Positions 16,431-25,110 of a stretch of DNA of 32,000 bases are shown here, piece after piece (the stretch's first letter is position 1; each line of letters starts with the position of its first letter). The position numbers were made by a program, and so were the translations under genes. The DNA is from Candidatus Saccharimonas sp. Lineage in GTDB: Bacteria; Patescibacteriota; Saccharimonadia; Saccharimonadales; Saccharimonadaceae. A model generated the notes under the pieces. That model worked only from the letters and a program-made list of their open reading frames with translations, was not told where the DNA came from and made no database searches. The DNA lies in contig CP076101.2 of assembly GCA_015256915.3 (NCBI GenBank), forward strand, positions 30,001 through 62,000, given 5' to 3'.

Positions 16431-16898
16431 TTAAACATTTGTTGGAGGAATACCATTTGCTCCATTTGAGCTACCGCCAAAACCAGTTCCGGCTCCTCCT
16501 AAGAATAAGCTAATAATGAAGTTAATAATTGCATAAGAAAGCATTGCAATAATTAAACCAACGATTGCATAAAGAATTGTATTTTTTGCAGCATCAACCT
16601 TTTTCGAATCGCCGTTTGATAGTATATAGCGTAAACCGCCATAAATTAACATTATAACACTTAAAATTCCAACTGCAAAAAGCATCATATTCACCATTTG
16701 GGTGAAAATTCCAGTGTTGCCTTCACCGAAAAGTTGAGTTGGAACACCTTCGCCACGTCCTTTATCAGCTCCGCCTTGAACGCCACCGCTAAATATTCCA
16801 CCGGTTGCAAAAGCATTTAATGCCAAGAAGGTTGCAGGAAATGTAGAAGCTACAAAACCGCTGATTGAGATTTTCGAAACTTGTTTAAAATTCTTCAT
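16431..16898 (-). CDS. VirB2/TrbC-like (type IV secretion pilin-like) small membrane protein
   Basis: Signal peptide ending in AFA. Two hydrophobic helices are separated by LRYILSNGDSKKVDAAKN. Gly-rich regions flank the two-helix core. Confidence 0.6.
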   Translation of the reverse strand: MKNFKQVSKISISGFVASTFPATFLALNAFATGGIFSGGVQGGADKGRGEGVPTQLFGEGNTGIFTQMVNMMLFAVGILSVIMLIYGGLRYILSNGDSKKVDAAKNTILYAIVGLIIAMLSYAIINFIISLFLGGAGTGFGGSSNGANGIPPTNV

Positions 16899-16907
16899 AA
16901 TGGCTAT

Positions 16908-16936
16908 ATTATAGCAAAAAAAGTGATTTTTGTCAA
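16908..16936 (-). promoter_or_regulatory. consensus promoter TTGACA-N17-TGcTATAAT, 9 nt before ATG 16898
   Basis: Minus strand -35 is at 16931-16936 and -10 at 16908-16913. Confidence 0.65.
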
Positions 16937-16941
16937 TACTC

Positions 16942-16970
16942 TTGTGTTTTTTGGCAAAATTTGATAAAAT
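16942..16970 (+). promoter_or_regulatory. promoter TTGTGT-N17-TGaTAAAAT for tRNA-Ser(GCU)
   Basis: -10 is at 16965-16970, 9 nt before the tRNA 5' end. Confidence 0.5.
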
Positions 16971-16979
16971 AGAAATATT

Positions 16980-17072
16980 GGAGGATTACCCAAGTGGCTG
17001 AAGGGGACGGTTTGCTAAATCGTTAGTCTGGGGAGACCTGGAGCGGGAGTTCGAATCTCCCATCCTCCGCCA
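16980..17072 (+). tRNA. tRNA-Ser (anticodon GCT), class II, CCA encoded
   Basis: Acceptor GGAGGAT/ATCCTCC with discriminator G. Anticodon stem ACGGT/ATCGT with loop TTGCTAA. 21-nt variable arm. T-arm GGGAG-TTCGAAT-CTCCC. 93 nt. Confidence 0.9.
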
Positions 17073-17204
17073 AATAAAAAAGCTTATTATAAAGACTAGC
17101 GATATTTAGTATTCTAAAATATATAAGCTCATATATATTATAAGTAAATTGAAAGATGGTTCGAATGAACTGTCTTTTTATATTTAGCTATTATTTAAAA
17201 GTAT

Positions 17205-17229
17205 GAAAAGCCCCACTATGAGTGAGGCT
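17205..17229 (-). terminator. rho-independent terminator overlapping the stop codon of the 17228-17686 gene
   Basis: On the minus strand, AGCCTCACT, loop CAT, then AGTGGGGCT (8 of 9 pairs), followed by TTTTC. Confidence 0.6.
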
Positions 17230-17686
17230 AAAAGTGTATAAATTCATACTGAGGCCTTCTGGCTTGTGCTTCAGCAGTTTTTCTGCACTCTTCTCTAAGT
17301 TTTTTACAACTAGCAATCTCTTCTTTGAGACCGCTGATGATATCTCCTTCAAGTTCTCTCTCTATATATATTATCAGAGAGTCTGGAATATATAGAGGTT
17401 TAACTTTAACTCCTACATATTCAGATAGAGGCACCCAGCCGTCTACAGGTGTAGATAGATAGCTTTTGTAATATGCTCTATCTATAGTTAGAAAGACATC
17501 GACACTATTGTAAGGGTGAATAAATTTAAATTTTAGCTTTATTTCTTGAGGGATATTCCCTACGATTATACTAAAAATTAAACCACCATCTCCATCCACT
17601 TTTTCAGCCTCAAGAGCTTTTTCAAACTCTTTTTCGGCCTTTTTTTGTAAAAGATTTAGAATTATTTCATTTCTTGCTTTTGTCAT
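17228..17686 (-). CDS. hypothetical protein, 152 aa
   Basis: Complete ORF with its own promoter and terminator. No recognisable motif. Composition differs from the neighbours. Confidence 0.65.
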   Translation of the reverse strand: MTKARNEIILNLLQKKAEKEFEKALEAEKVDGDGGLIFSIIVGNIPQEIKLKFKFIHPYNSVDVFLTIDRAYYKSYLSTPVDGWVPLSEYVGVKVKPLYIPDSLIIYIERELEGDIISGLKEEIASCKKLREECRKTAEAQARRPQYEFIHF

Positions 17687-17766
17687 AATGTACTCTTTTC
17701 TAGTAGTAGATATATGTATTATAATGAAAAGATTTTATAATATTAGTCAATTTCCACTACGCTATA

Positions 17767-17795
17767 ATTATAACATAATAATAGCAATAAGTCAA
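17767..17795 (-). promoter_or_regulatory. promoter TTGACT-N17-TATAAT for the 17686 gene
   Basis: Minus strand -35 is at 17790-17795 and -10 at 17767-17772. Confidence 0.5.
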
Positions 17796-17807
17796 TATAG
17801 AGTTATT

Positions 17808-17846
17808 GTTAAAAATTAAAGATCACTCATATTTTATGAGTGATCT
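17808..17846 (-). terminator. rho-independent terminator of pnp
   Basis: 11-bp perfect stem AGATCACTCAT/ATGAGTGATCT with a 5-nt loop. On the minus strand it is followed by TTAATTTTT. Confidence 0.8.
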
Positions 17847-17857
17847 AGTGGGCAGAA

Positions 17858-19984
17858 TTATTGCTTAACACCTTTCATTGTGAGGTTTAATCTTCCCTTT
17901 TCGTCAATTTTATCTAGTTTAACCCAAATTTCTTGATTTTGTTTTAAAACATCAGTCACTTTTTCAGTTCGCTTTTCAGATATTTGTGAGATATGCAGCA
18001 TTCCGTCAATTCCGGGTAGGATATTTACGAAAGCGCCAAAATCCTTGATCGAAACCACTTTTCCGTGGTAGATTTTACCAACTTCTGGCTCTTCAACCAA
18101 AGATTTAATCCAGTTGAGGGCTTTTTCGATTTGCTCGGCGTTAGGGCTGGCAATTGTGATTAAGCCATCTTCTTTGATGTCGACTTCGGCTCCAGTTTCA
18201 GAAGTGATTTTATTGATTGTTTCACCACCCTTACCAATAATTGCACCAATTTTATCGGGATTGATTTTAATTTTTTCGATTCGTGGTGCATATGGCGAAA
18301 GCTCAGCTTTTGGCTCAGAAATTACGCTCAGCATATGGCGCAGAATATGTTCTCGGCCTTTACGAGAGGTTAAAATTGCTTTTTCAAGAACTGAAACCGG
18401 TAAACCGTGAACTTTCATATCCATTTGTAGTGCGGTAATTCCATTTTTTGAACCTGTACATTTGAAGTCCATATCGCCAGCAAAATCTTCTGCGTCGGCA
18501 ATATCACTTAAAATATAAGGCGTTTCACCGTCCATCATGAGCCCCATTGCAATTCCAGAAACCGCATTTTTTAGTGGCACACCAGCACTCATTAGCGCCA
18601 TACAACTTGAGCAGGTTGCGGCCATTGATGTTGAACCATTCTGGCTCATAATTTCAGTTACGCTACGAATTGCATAAGGGAAATCCTCTTCGCTCGGCAA
18701 AACTGCTTCCAAAGCGCGCTGAGCTAAATACCCGTGGCCGATTTCACGGCGACCAGGGCTACCTAATCGACGCGGTTCACCGACAGTGTAACCAGGAGCG
18801 TTATAGTGATGCATATAACGGCGTTCAATTTCGTTAAATTCCATTGTGTCAACCAGTTGCGAATATGAAAGTGGCGCAAGTGTCACTATATTCATTGCTT
18901 GAGTTACGCCACGAGTAAATAAACTCGAACCGTGCGCGCGTGGCAAAAAGTCGATTTCGCTTGAAAGCGGGCGGATTTCATCTAGAGCTCGCCCATCTGG
19001 TCGCTCACCATCTTCCACAATTCCCTTTCGAACAGCTTTATGAACCGCCAAAGTGAAAGCCTCGTCGTAATCTTTTCGAATTTCTTCATAAACTTCTTCG
19101 CCAAATTTTTCGAGCATTTCTGAGTGGAATTTTTCACGAATTTCGGTAATATTTTGGTTATATTTTGGGTAGGCTTCACGAATCTTGGAGCCGAATTTTC
19201 CTTCTGTCCAGGCTTCAACTTCTTTCGAAATTTCTTCATCTGGCAAAATAAGCTCAAATTTTCTCTCTTCAAAATAACCTGCCTCGATATATTTGGCGCG
19301 AAGTTCATTTTGGAGTTTAATTGCTGGCTGAAAATTCTCAAAAGCCCAAGCGAGCCCTGCAATAATTTCTTCTTCAGGAACTTCATTTGCACCCGCTTCA
19401 ACCATGGTAATTCCGCTTTTGATTCCAGCTACAACTAAATCGAGCGAGGAATTTTCGCGCTCCTCAGTATTTAGAAAGGCTTTAAACTCGCCATTCACTT
19501 TACCGATTCGGAGCCCAGCAACTGGGCCATCAAACGGCACGCCAGCTAGATGAAGTGCGCTTGAGGCTGCAATCATTGCAATCATATCTGGGCGAAATTC
19601 TGGGTCGGCGGAAAGAACAGTTGCGACAATCTGCACTTCCTCGCGATAGCCTTTTGGAAAGAGTGGTCGAATTGGTCGGTCAATCAAGCGCCCAATTAAA
19701 ATTGCATCGTCGCTTGGTCGCCCTTCACGCTTGATGAATCGTGAACCAGAAATTCGTCCGCTGGCATACCATTTTTCTTCATAATCAATTGATAGCGGAA
19801 AATAATCTAAAGCTACTGGTTTTGAGCCCAGCTGAACTGTTCCTAAAACCACAGTTTCACCGTATTTTGCAATCACGCTCGCGGTTGAACGAAAACCAAC
19901 TTTACCAACTTCTAACGTTAATTTTCGCCCCAAAAAATCAGTACTAACCGAAATCACGCTCTTGCCCGTTGGGTTTATAATCAT
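17858..19984 (-). CDS. pnp: polynucleotide phosphorylase / polyribonucleotide nucleotidyltransferase
   Basis: Two RNase PH-like halves plus KH (IGKGGETINKI) and S1 (GKVVSIKDFGAFVNILPGIDGMLHISQIS) domains. Start set at ATG 19984, with GAAGGAGAA upstream. The track's first codon is TTG. Confidence 0.92.
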   Translation of the reverse strand: MIINPTGKSVISVSTDFLGRKLTLEVGKVGFRSTASVIAKYGETVVLGTVQLGSKPVALDYFPLSIDYEEKWYASGRISGSRFIKREGRPSDDAILIGRLIDRPIRPLFPKGYREEVQIVATVLSADPEFRPDMIAMIAASSALHLAGVPFDGPVAGLRIGKVNGEFKAFLNTEERENSSLDLVVAGIKSGITMVEAGANEVPEEEIIAGLAWAFENFQPAIKLQNELRAKYIEAGYFEERKFELILPDEEISKEVEAWTEGKFGSKIREAYPKYNQNITEIREKFHSEMLEKFGEEVYEEIRKDYDEAFTLAVHKAVRKGIVEDGERPDGRALDEIRPLSSEIDFLPRAHGSSLFTRGVTQAMNIVTLAPLSYSQLVDTMEFNEIERRYMHHYNAPGYTVGEPRRLGSPGRREIGHGYLAQRALEAVLPSEEDFPYAIRSVTEIMSQNGSTSMAATCSSCMALMSAGVPLKNAVSGIAMGLMMDGETPYILSDIADAEDFAGDMDFKCTGSKNGITALQMDMKVHGLPVSVLEKAILTSRKGREHILRHMLSVISEPKAELSPYAPRIEKIKINPDKIGAIIGKGGETINKITSETGAEVDIKEDGLITIASPNAEQIEKALNWIKSLVEEPEVGKIYHGKVVSIKDFGAFVNILPGIDGMLHISQISEKRTEKVTDVLKQNQEIWVKLDKIDEKGRLNLTMKGVKQ

Positions 19985-20080
19985 ATTTTCTCCTTCTGCC
20001 AAATGAGTTGCAGGAATCTTCTTCGAAAAGGCTTTCGAAAATAATTTCTACCACACATTCAGCGTTAATTTTACTATTTC

Positions 20081-20109
20081 ATTATAACATTTTTGAGTGA
20101 ATTTAGCAA
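20081..20109 (-). promoter_or_regulatory. promoter TTGCTA-N17-TGtTATAAT for pnp (leader of about 90 nt)
   Basis: Minus strand -35 is at 20104-20109 and -10 at 20081-20086. Confidence 0.5.
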
Positions 20110-20140
20110 AAATAAAACCGCCAAGCATTTAAGCGTGGCG
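20110..20140 (-). terminator. terminator/attenuator between rpsO and pnp
   Basis: On the minus strand, stem CGCCA/TGGCG with a 12-nt loop, followed by GTTTTATTTTT. Confidence 0.5.
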
Positions 20141-20157
20141 ATTTTACGGTTTTGAAA

Positions 20158-20424
20158 TTATTTTCGCAAACCTAATTTAGAAACAACAGCTTTGTAGGCT
20201 TCAAAATCTTTTCGTTCAAGATATTTTAGAAGTTTTTTACGGCGACCAACCATTTGCATCAAACCGCGTCGAGCCATGAAGTCGTGCTTGTTTGATTTAA
20301 GGTGTTCCGTCACTTCTTTGATACGAGCCGTCAAGATTGACACTTGTGCCTGTGGCGAACCAACGTCATTCTTTGAAACCTGAGTCAAAGCGATTGCCTT
20401 CTCTTTATTCTCTTTAGTAATCAT
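20158..20424 (-). CDS. rpsO: 30S ribosomal protein S15
   Basis: 88 aa from ATG 20424. GSPQAQVSILTARIKEVTEHLKSNKHDFMARRGLMQMVGRRKKLLKYL is the S15 signature region. The track's TTG start coincides with the -35 box. Confidence 0.9.
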   Translation of the reverse strand: MITKENKEKAIALTQVSKNDVGSPQAQVSILTARIKEVTEHLKSNKHDFMARRGLMQMVGRRKKLLKYLERKDFEAYKAVVSKLGLRK

Positions 20425-20431
20425 CTTTAAG

Positions 20432-20460
20432 ATTTTATCATTTTTTAAGATTTTAGTCAA
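20432..20460 (-). promoter_or_regulatory. promoter TTGACT-N17-TGaTAAAAT, 7 nt before the rpsO ATG (leaderless layout)
   Basis: Minus strand -35 is at 20455-20460 and -10 at 20432-20437. Confidence 0.6.
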
Positions 20461-20547
20461 GAGTATATTATATTTTAATTACAATTATTTGTAATATAAA
20501 TAATAAAAAGCCCCGCACTAAGTCGGAGCTTATAGGAGCTTATATTT

Positions 20548-21048
20548 TTATTCATCTTTTTGCAACTTCTTTTTGAGCTCTTTGGCGAATTTTTCTAGAA
20601 ACCAGTCTTCGAGTTCGTTATCGATCCAGTATTCTAGTTTTTCTAGATCGCTCCACTCGGATAAGACGCGCACTATAGGATAAGGATAGTATTCTTCCCA
20701 ATCTCCATTCGTGTAATAATGAAATACTTGGTGCGGGAGTAAACAAAGATATTCCTCCCACTGATCTTCATCTAAGTAAATGTTACCTCCTCCTGCTTGC
20801 TGTTTTAAACATATTTCGACTTCAAATTGACCATTTCCAGGGCGTAAGTAGACGAAAACAAACTGACCGAATATTATTTGATTGGAGAATTCGATACAAT
20901 TCGGATTGATAGTGCTTAGAATAATCTTAAGTTTATCCTTTGCGGCTTGAAGAAGAGACTTCTCTTTATCTCTAATTTTTTTGAATTCAATAGCTTTCAG
21001 CCATTCTTTTTTATCTTGGACTTTAATTATACTTTCGAATTGTTTCAT
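20548..21048 (-). CDS. hypothetical W/Y/E-rich protein, 166 aa
   Basis: Complete ORF inserted between rpsO and valS, with its own promoter. No recognisable motif. Confidence 0.65.
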   Translation of the reverse strand: MKQFESIIKVQDKKEWLKAIEFKKIRDKEKSLLQAAKDKLKIILSTINPNCIEFSNQIIFGQFVFVYLRPGNGQFEVEICLKQQAGGGNIYLDEDQWEEYLCLLPHQVFHYYTNGDWEEYYPYPIVRVLSEWSDLEKLEYWIDNELEDWFLEKFAKELKKKLQKDE

Positions 21049-21166
21049 TTTAATGTTCTCTTTCTAATAATTCTCACATTTCAATATTACCGTCGCTAGA
21101 AAGTTTTTGCGCCAGTAATTATTTTTTCCTCCTTATAAGTATTTAAAACATGCGAATTATATACAT

Positions 21167-21195
21167 ATTCTACCATAAATATAATAAAAAGTCAA
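21167..21195 (-). promoter_or_regulatory. promoter TTGACT-N17-TAGAAT for the 21048 gene (leader of about 110 nt)
   Basis: Minus strand -35 is at 21190-21195 and -10 at 21167-21172. Confidence 0.5.
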
Positions 21196-21220
21196 GCAAA
21201 AACCGCCATTTTCTGGCGGT
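21196..21220 (-). terminator. rho-independent terminator of valS
   Basis: On the minus strand, ACCGCCA, loop GAAAA, then TGGCGGT, followed by TTTTTGC. Confidence 0.75.
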
Positions 21221-21227
21221 GATGCTT

Positions 21228-23786
21228 TTATAAAATTTCGAAAGCTTTTTTAACTTTTTCAAGCTCGGCTTTTTTGTTTGAAAATTCTTCACGAGTTTCT
21301 TCAACCAAATATGCTGGCGCTTTTGAAACATAATTTTCGTTCGAAAGGCGTTTTTCAAGTAAATTAATTTCGCTCGAAATTTTATTGATTCGTTCGGCGA
21401 GCTCGGTTTTATATTCAGCCAAAATATTGGTTGGCACATCAAGATAAGCACCTAAACCGCTAGCGGCAAGGCTAAATCCGTGTGGCGCATCTGTTTGAAC
21501 AATTTCTGGCACGCGCGAAAGGTGGCGAATAGTTTCAATATTTTTTGCAATTAGTTCATCTTTTTCAAAAACCAAATTATAGCGTTTTTTGCCAGGTAGT
21601 TCAGCCGTAATCAGGCGAATTTCACCAACTAAATCTTGGATTCGTTCAAATTGAAGTGCTTCGAATTCGTTAAATTTCAAAGATTCGGCTAGTTTTTCGT
21701 TCGCTAAAATTCCCTCAGTCCAAGGCAGAGTTTGCCAGATGGTTTCAGTCACAAATGGTGCAAAAGGATGCGTGATTTTAAGACAAGTTTCAAGAACCCA
21801 GGCAAGAAGTTCAGGATTATCTTGTGTTTTTGAAGCTTCAATATACCAATCGGCAACGGTGCTCCAAATTGTGTGATAAACCGTTTCTGAGGCCTCGGCA
21901 AAACGGTAATTTTGCATATGGCTTTCAATTTCAGCAATTGCTTTATCAAGTTCTCGCACGATCCAGTGGTCCGCTGGCGTGAAAGCTTCAGGCTGTTTTG
22001 TACTCTTAATTTCGCCAACTTTTTCAGAAATGAACCGTGAAATATTCCATAATTTATTACAGAAATTACGGCCAGCGATAACTTTATTTTTCGAAAATGC
22101 CTGATTCTGCCCTGCTGAACGTGAAGCGATAATTCCAAGGCGAAAAGCGTCGGAACCAAACTCGGCAATTACATCCATTGGGTTAATTACATTCCCCTTT
22201 GATTTACTCATTTTTTGGCCATGCTCATCAAGAACCATTCCGTGCAAGTAGACTTCGCGGAATGGAATTTGCCCTGTGCAGTAAATTCCCAACATAATCA
22301 TTCGAGAAATCCAAGGAAAAATCAAATCATGACCAGTTTCCATTACACTATTTGGATAGAATTTCGAAAGCTCACCGCCTTCCAAAAAATCGGTTGTAAT
22401 GAACGGCCATTGACCGCTCGAGAACCAAGTATCAAGCGTATCTTCATCTCGTTTGTATGTCTTGCCGTTAACTTCAATTTGTGATTCATGTACGCGCTCA
22501 TCAAAAATCCAATCAGTTGGATCTTCAATATTTTGAAAAGCCGGAATTGGAATTCCCCAAGGGATTTGACGTGAAATATTCCAGTCGCGAATATTTTTCA
22601 AGTATTCAGCTAAAACATTTTTCTTATTTTCTGGCGTAAATTTAATTTCATTATTCTCAAGAGCTTCAAGGGCTTTTTTAGCTAAAGGCTTAGTTGAAAT
22701 AAACCACTGCTCTTTTACGAGCGGCTGAATTGGTTCTCCAGATTTATAATCGTATCCAACAACATGAGTAATATCTTCTTCTTTAAACAATGCATTGATT
22801 TTTCGAAGATCCTCAAGAATCTTCTTACGCGCCTCTAACACTTCTAAGCCAGCATATTTACCTGCATTTTTGGTCATTTTTCCATCAAATCCAATTACTT
22901 GGATTTTTGGCAAGTTGTGGCGATTACCAACTTCAAAATCATTTGGATCGTGGAATGGTGTAATTTTAACAACGCCAGTTCCAAATTGTGGGTCGGCATA
23001 TTCATCAGCGATAATTTTGATTTCACGATTTATTAAGGGTATGCGGACTTTTTTACCAATCAGATTTTCGTATCTTTCATCTTCTGGATTAACCGCAAGA
23101 GCTGTATCGCCGAGCATTGTTTCAGGGCGAGTTGTTGAAACAAGCATATATTCGCTTGCTCCACCAAATTCATCAAGAACTGGATACGCAATCGTCCAGA
23201 GCTTCCCCTTCTCTTCTTTGTAATCTACCTCAATATCGGCATAAGAAGTTTGATATTTTGTTGAATAATTAACAATGCGCTCACCTCTGTAAATTAAGCC
23301 ATCGTTCCACATTTTTTCGAAAGTTTTATAAACGCGATTAACTACTTTTTCATCTAATGTGAAAGTGAGATTTTTCCAGTCAACACCAGCTCCCAAAGCG
23401 CGCAATTGAAGTTCCATATTTCCGCGTTGACTTGCTACGAAGTCCCAAACATTTTTATAAAGTTCATCACGAGAATAATCTAAACGACTCTTCCCTTCAG
23501 CGTTCAAAAGGCGTTCATAAACAACCCAAGTTTCGAAGCCCGCGTGGTCGGCGCCAGGCAAATAAATTGCATCATAACCCTTCATTTTGTGATAACGCAC
23601 TAAAATATCTTCAACCGCAGCCATTAGTCCGTGGCCGATATGAAGATTTCCATTTGCATTTGGTGGTGGCATTACGATTGAATATTTTGGGCCAACTCCA
23701 CTACTTTCGAAAGCGCCAGATAGCTCCCATAAATTATAAATTTCAGGTTCGTAATTATTCGGTTCGTAAGTCTTTGTAATTTTCAT
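21228..23786 (-). CDS. valS: valine--tRNA ligase
   Basis: HIGH motif PPPNANGNLHIGH, KMSKS motif GQKMSKSKGN, and a ValRS-type C-terminal coiled coil. 852 aa. Confidence 0.95.
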   Translation of the reverse strand: MKITKTYEPNNYEPEIYNLWELSGAFESSGVGPKYSIVMPPPNANGNLHIGHGLMAAVEDILVRYHKMKGYDAIYLPGADHAGFETWVVYERLLNAEGKSRLDYSRDELYKNVWDFVASQRGNMELQLRALGAGVDWKNLTFTLDEKVVNRVYKTFEKMWNDGLIYRGERIVNYSTKYQTSYADIEVDYKEEKGKLWTIAYPVLDEFGGASEYMLVSTTRPETMLGDTALAVNPEDERYENLIGKKVRIPLINREIKIIADEYADPQFGTGVVKITPFHDPNDFEVGNRHNLPKIQVIGFDGKMTKNAGKYAGLEVLEARKKILEDLRKINALFKEEDITHVVGYDYKSGEPIQPLVKEQWFISTKPLAKKALEALENNEIKFTPENKKNVLAEYLKNIRDWNISRQIPWGIPIPAFQNIEDPTDWIFDERVHESQIEVNGKTYKRDEDTLDTWFSSGQWPFITTDFLEGGELSKFYPNSVMETGHDLIFPWISRMIMLGIYCTGQIPFREVYLHGMVLDEHGQKMSKSKGNVINPMDVIAEFGSDAFRLGIIASRSAGQNQAFSKNKVIAGRNFCNKLWNISRFISEKVGEIKSTKQPEAFTPADHWIVRELDKAIAEIESHMQNYRFAEASETVYHTIWSTVADWYIEASKTQDNPELLAWVLETCLKITHPFAPFVTETIWQTLPWTEGILANEKLAESLKFNEFEALQFERIQDLVGEIRLITAELPGKKRYNLVFEKDELIAKNIETIRHLSRVPEIVQTDAPHGFSLAASGLGAYLDVPTNILAEYKTELAERINKISSEINLLEKRLSNENYVSKAPAYLVEETREEFSNKKAELEKVKKAFEIL

Positions 23787-23855
23787 ATTTCCCTTTAAAA
23801 TCGCATTTATTCAACAACATTTCACACGAAAGTTAAACTGTGCGAAATTCTACAT

Positions 23856-23884
23856 TTACAATTATACCACATTCGGTGTATAAT
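23856..23884 (+). promoter_or_regulatory. promoter TTACAA-N17-TATAAT, 6 nt before ATG 23891 (leaderless layout)
   Basis: -35 is at 23856-23861 and -10 at 23879-23884. Confidence 0.5.
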
Positions 23885-23890
23885 ATAAAT

Positions 23891-24991
23891 ATGCTAAAGA
23901 TTATCGAAATTACTGATAAAAAAGAATGGAATGATTTTATTAACGAGCACGGCGGTCACCCTTTGCAACTTTGGGGTTGGGGTGAGTTAAAATCGCAATC
24001 AGCAAATTGGCAAGTTGTGCGAGTTTTTTTGAAAAATGGTGAAGAAAAATATATTGATCGCAAAAAAAATGACCACTCAGATATTGTAGCAGCGGCTCAA
24101 ATTCTGGTTCGAAAGCTCCCTTTTCCGCTTCGTAATTTTGCTTATATTCCGCGCGGTGCTTTGGTGATTTCGAAAAAACCAATCGAGCGAGCCCGCATTT
24201 CGCGTGAAATTGCTCTTTGGGTTTCGAAGAATATCAAACCAAAGCCAGTTTGTTTAACCATGGAACCAGATTGGAATAGCGGTGAATTTGACTTGCGTGA
24301 TGGCTGGAGAAGTTCAAAAAACACAATTTTAATTCCAAGAACCTTAATCCTTGATTTAGCGCAAAATGAAGATGAGTTACTCGCCAAAATGAGCAAAAAA
24401 ACGCGACAATATATTCGAAAAAGTGGTGGAGAAGTACGAGTTAGACAGCTGTTTTCAAAAGAAGAAATTGATCGCGCATTAGAAATTTACACAGAAACCG
24501 CCAAAAGGGCAGGGTTTGCGATCCATTCGAAAAATTATTATCATGAACTTTATAAAAAAATGGGCGAAAATTCACCGATTTTTGGAGCTTTTATTGAAAA
24601 AGAGCAGGGTAAGTCTATAGAAAAAAATAAAAATACTGAAGATTATATAGCGGAAAAGCTTAAAAATCAAGAAATGGTGGCATTTTTATGGTTTGCTCAA
24701 AGTAATGATGTGGCGTTTGAACTTTATGGTGGAGTGACTGAGGCGGGGCAAAAATCACGCGCAAATTATGTTTTGAAGTGGATTGCGATTATTGAAATGA
24801 AAAATCGCGGAGTTAAGCGATATGATTTTAACGGCCTTTTGAACGATGGAATTTCAAAATTTAAAGCTGGTTTTGCAAATCACGAGGATTTATTGGTTGG
24901 CACACTAGATTTTCCGATTTCGAAAACATACTTTATCTGGAATTCATTTTTGCCAACTGCTAAAAAAATTGTTCGAAAATTCAAAAAATAG
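23891..24991 (+). CDS. FemAB-family peptidoglycan interpeptide-bridge aminoacyltransferase (FemX-like)
   Basis: HPLQLWGWGELK, KTRQYIRKS and NYVLKWIAIIEMKNRGVKRYDFNG...ISKFKAGF resemble the FemABX fold signatures. Start moved to ATG 23891 (MLKIIEI...). Confidence 0.7.
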   Translation: MLKIIEITDKKEWNDFINEHGGHPLQLWGWGELKSQSANWQVVRVFLKNGEEKYIDRKKNDHSDIVAAAQILVRKLPFPLRNFAYIPRGALVISKKPIERARISREIALWVSKNIKPKPVCLTMEPDWNSGEFDLRDGWRSSKNTILIPRTLILDLAQNEDELLAKMSKKTRQYIRKSGGEVRVRQLFSKEEIDRALEIYTETAKRAGFAIHSKNYYHELYKKMGENSPIFGAFIEKEQGKSIEKNKNTEDYIAEKLKNQEMVAFLWFAQSNDVAFELYGGVTEAGQKSRANYVLKWIAIIEMKNRGVKRYDFNGLLNDGISKFKAGFANHEDLLVGTLDFPISKTYFIWNSFLPTAKKIVRKFKK

Positions 24992-25074
24992 GGAAGTGAG
25001 AATATAAAAATTCGCTCAAATCGGGCGAATTTTATGTTTTTGAAAATGAAAAAGCCAATAGAGATTTTCGAAAA

Positions 25075-25103
25075 TTGACCAAACTTGTAAAAAGTAGTAA
25101 AAT
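25075..25103 (+). promoter_or_regulatory. promoter TTGACC-N17-TAAAAT, 7 nt before the tsaD ATG (leaderless layout)
   Basis: -35 is at 25075-25080, which is the track's false TTG start. -10 is at 25098-25103. Confidence 0.6.
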
Positions 25104-25110
25104 AGTAGTT

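Noticed and set aside
18114-19947. Four ORFs (18114-18410, 18982-19401, 19124-19438, 19741-19947) inside pnp
   Set aside because: They are shadow frames of a highly conserved gene.
21170-23779. ORFs 21170-21451, 21749-22168, 22215-22484, 22343-22528, 22795-23223 and 23432-23779 overlapping valS
   Set aside because: They are shadow frames. valS is continuous, with HIGH and KMSKS motifs.
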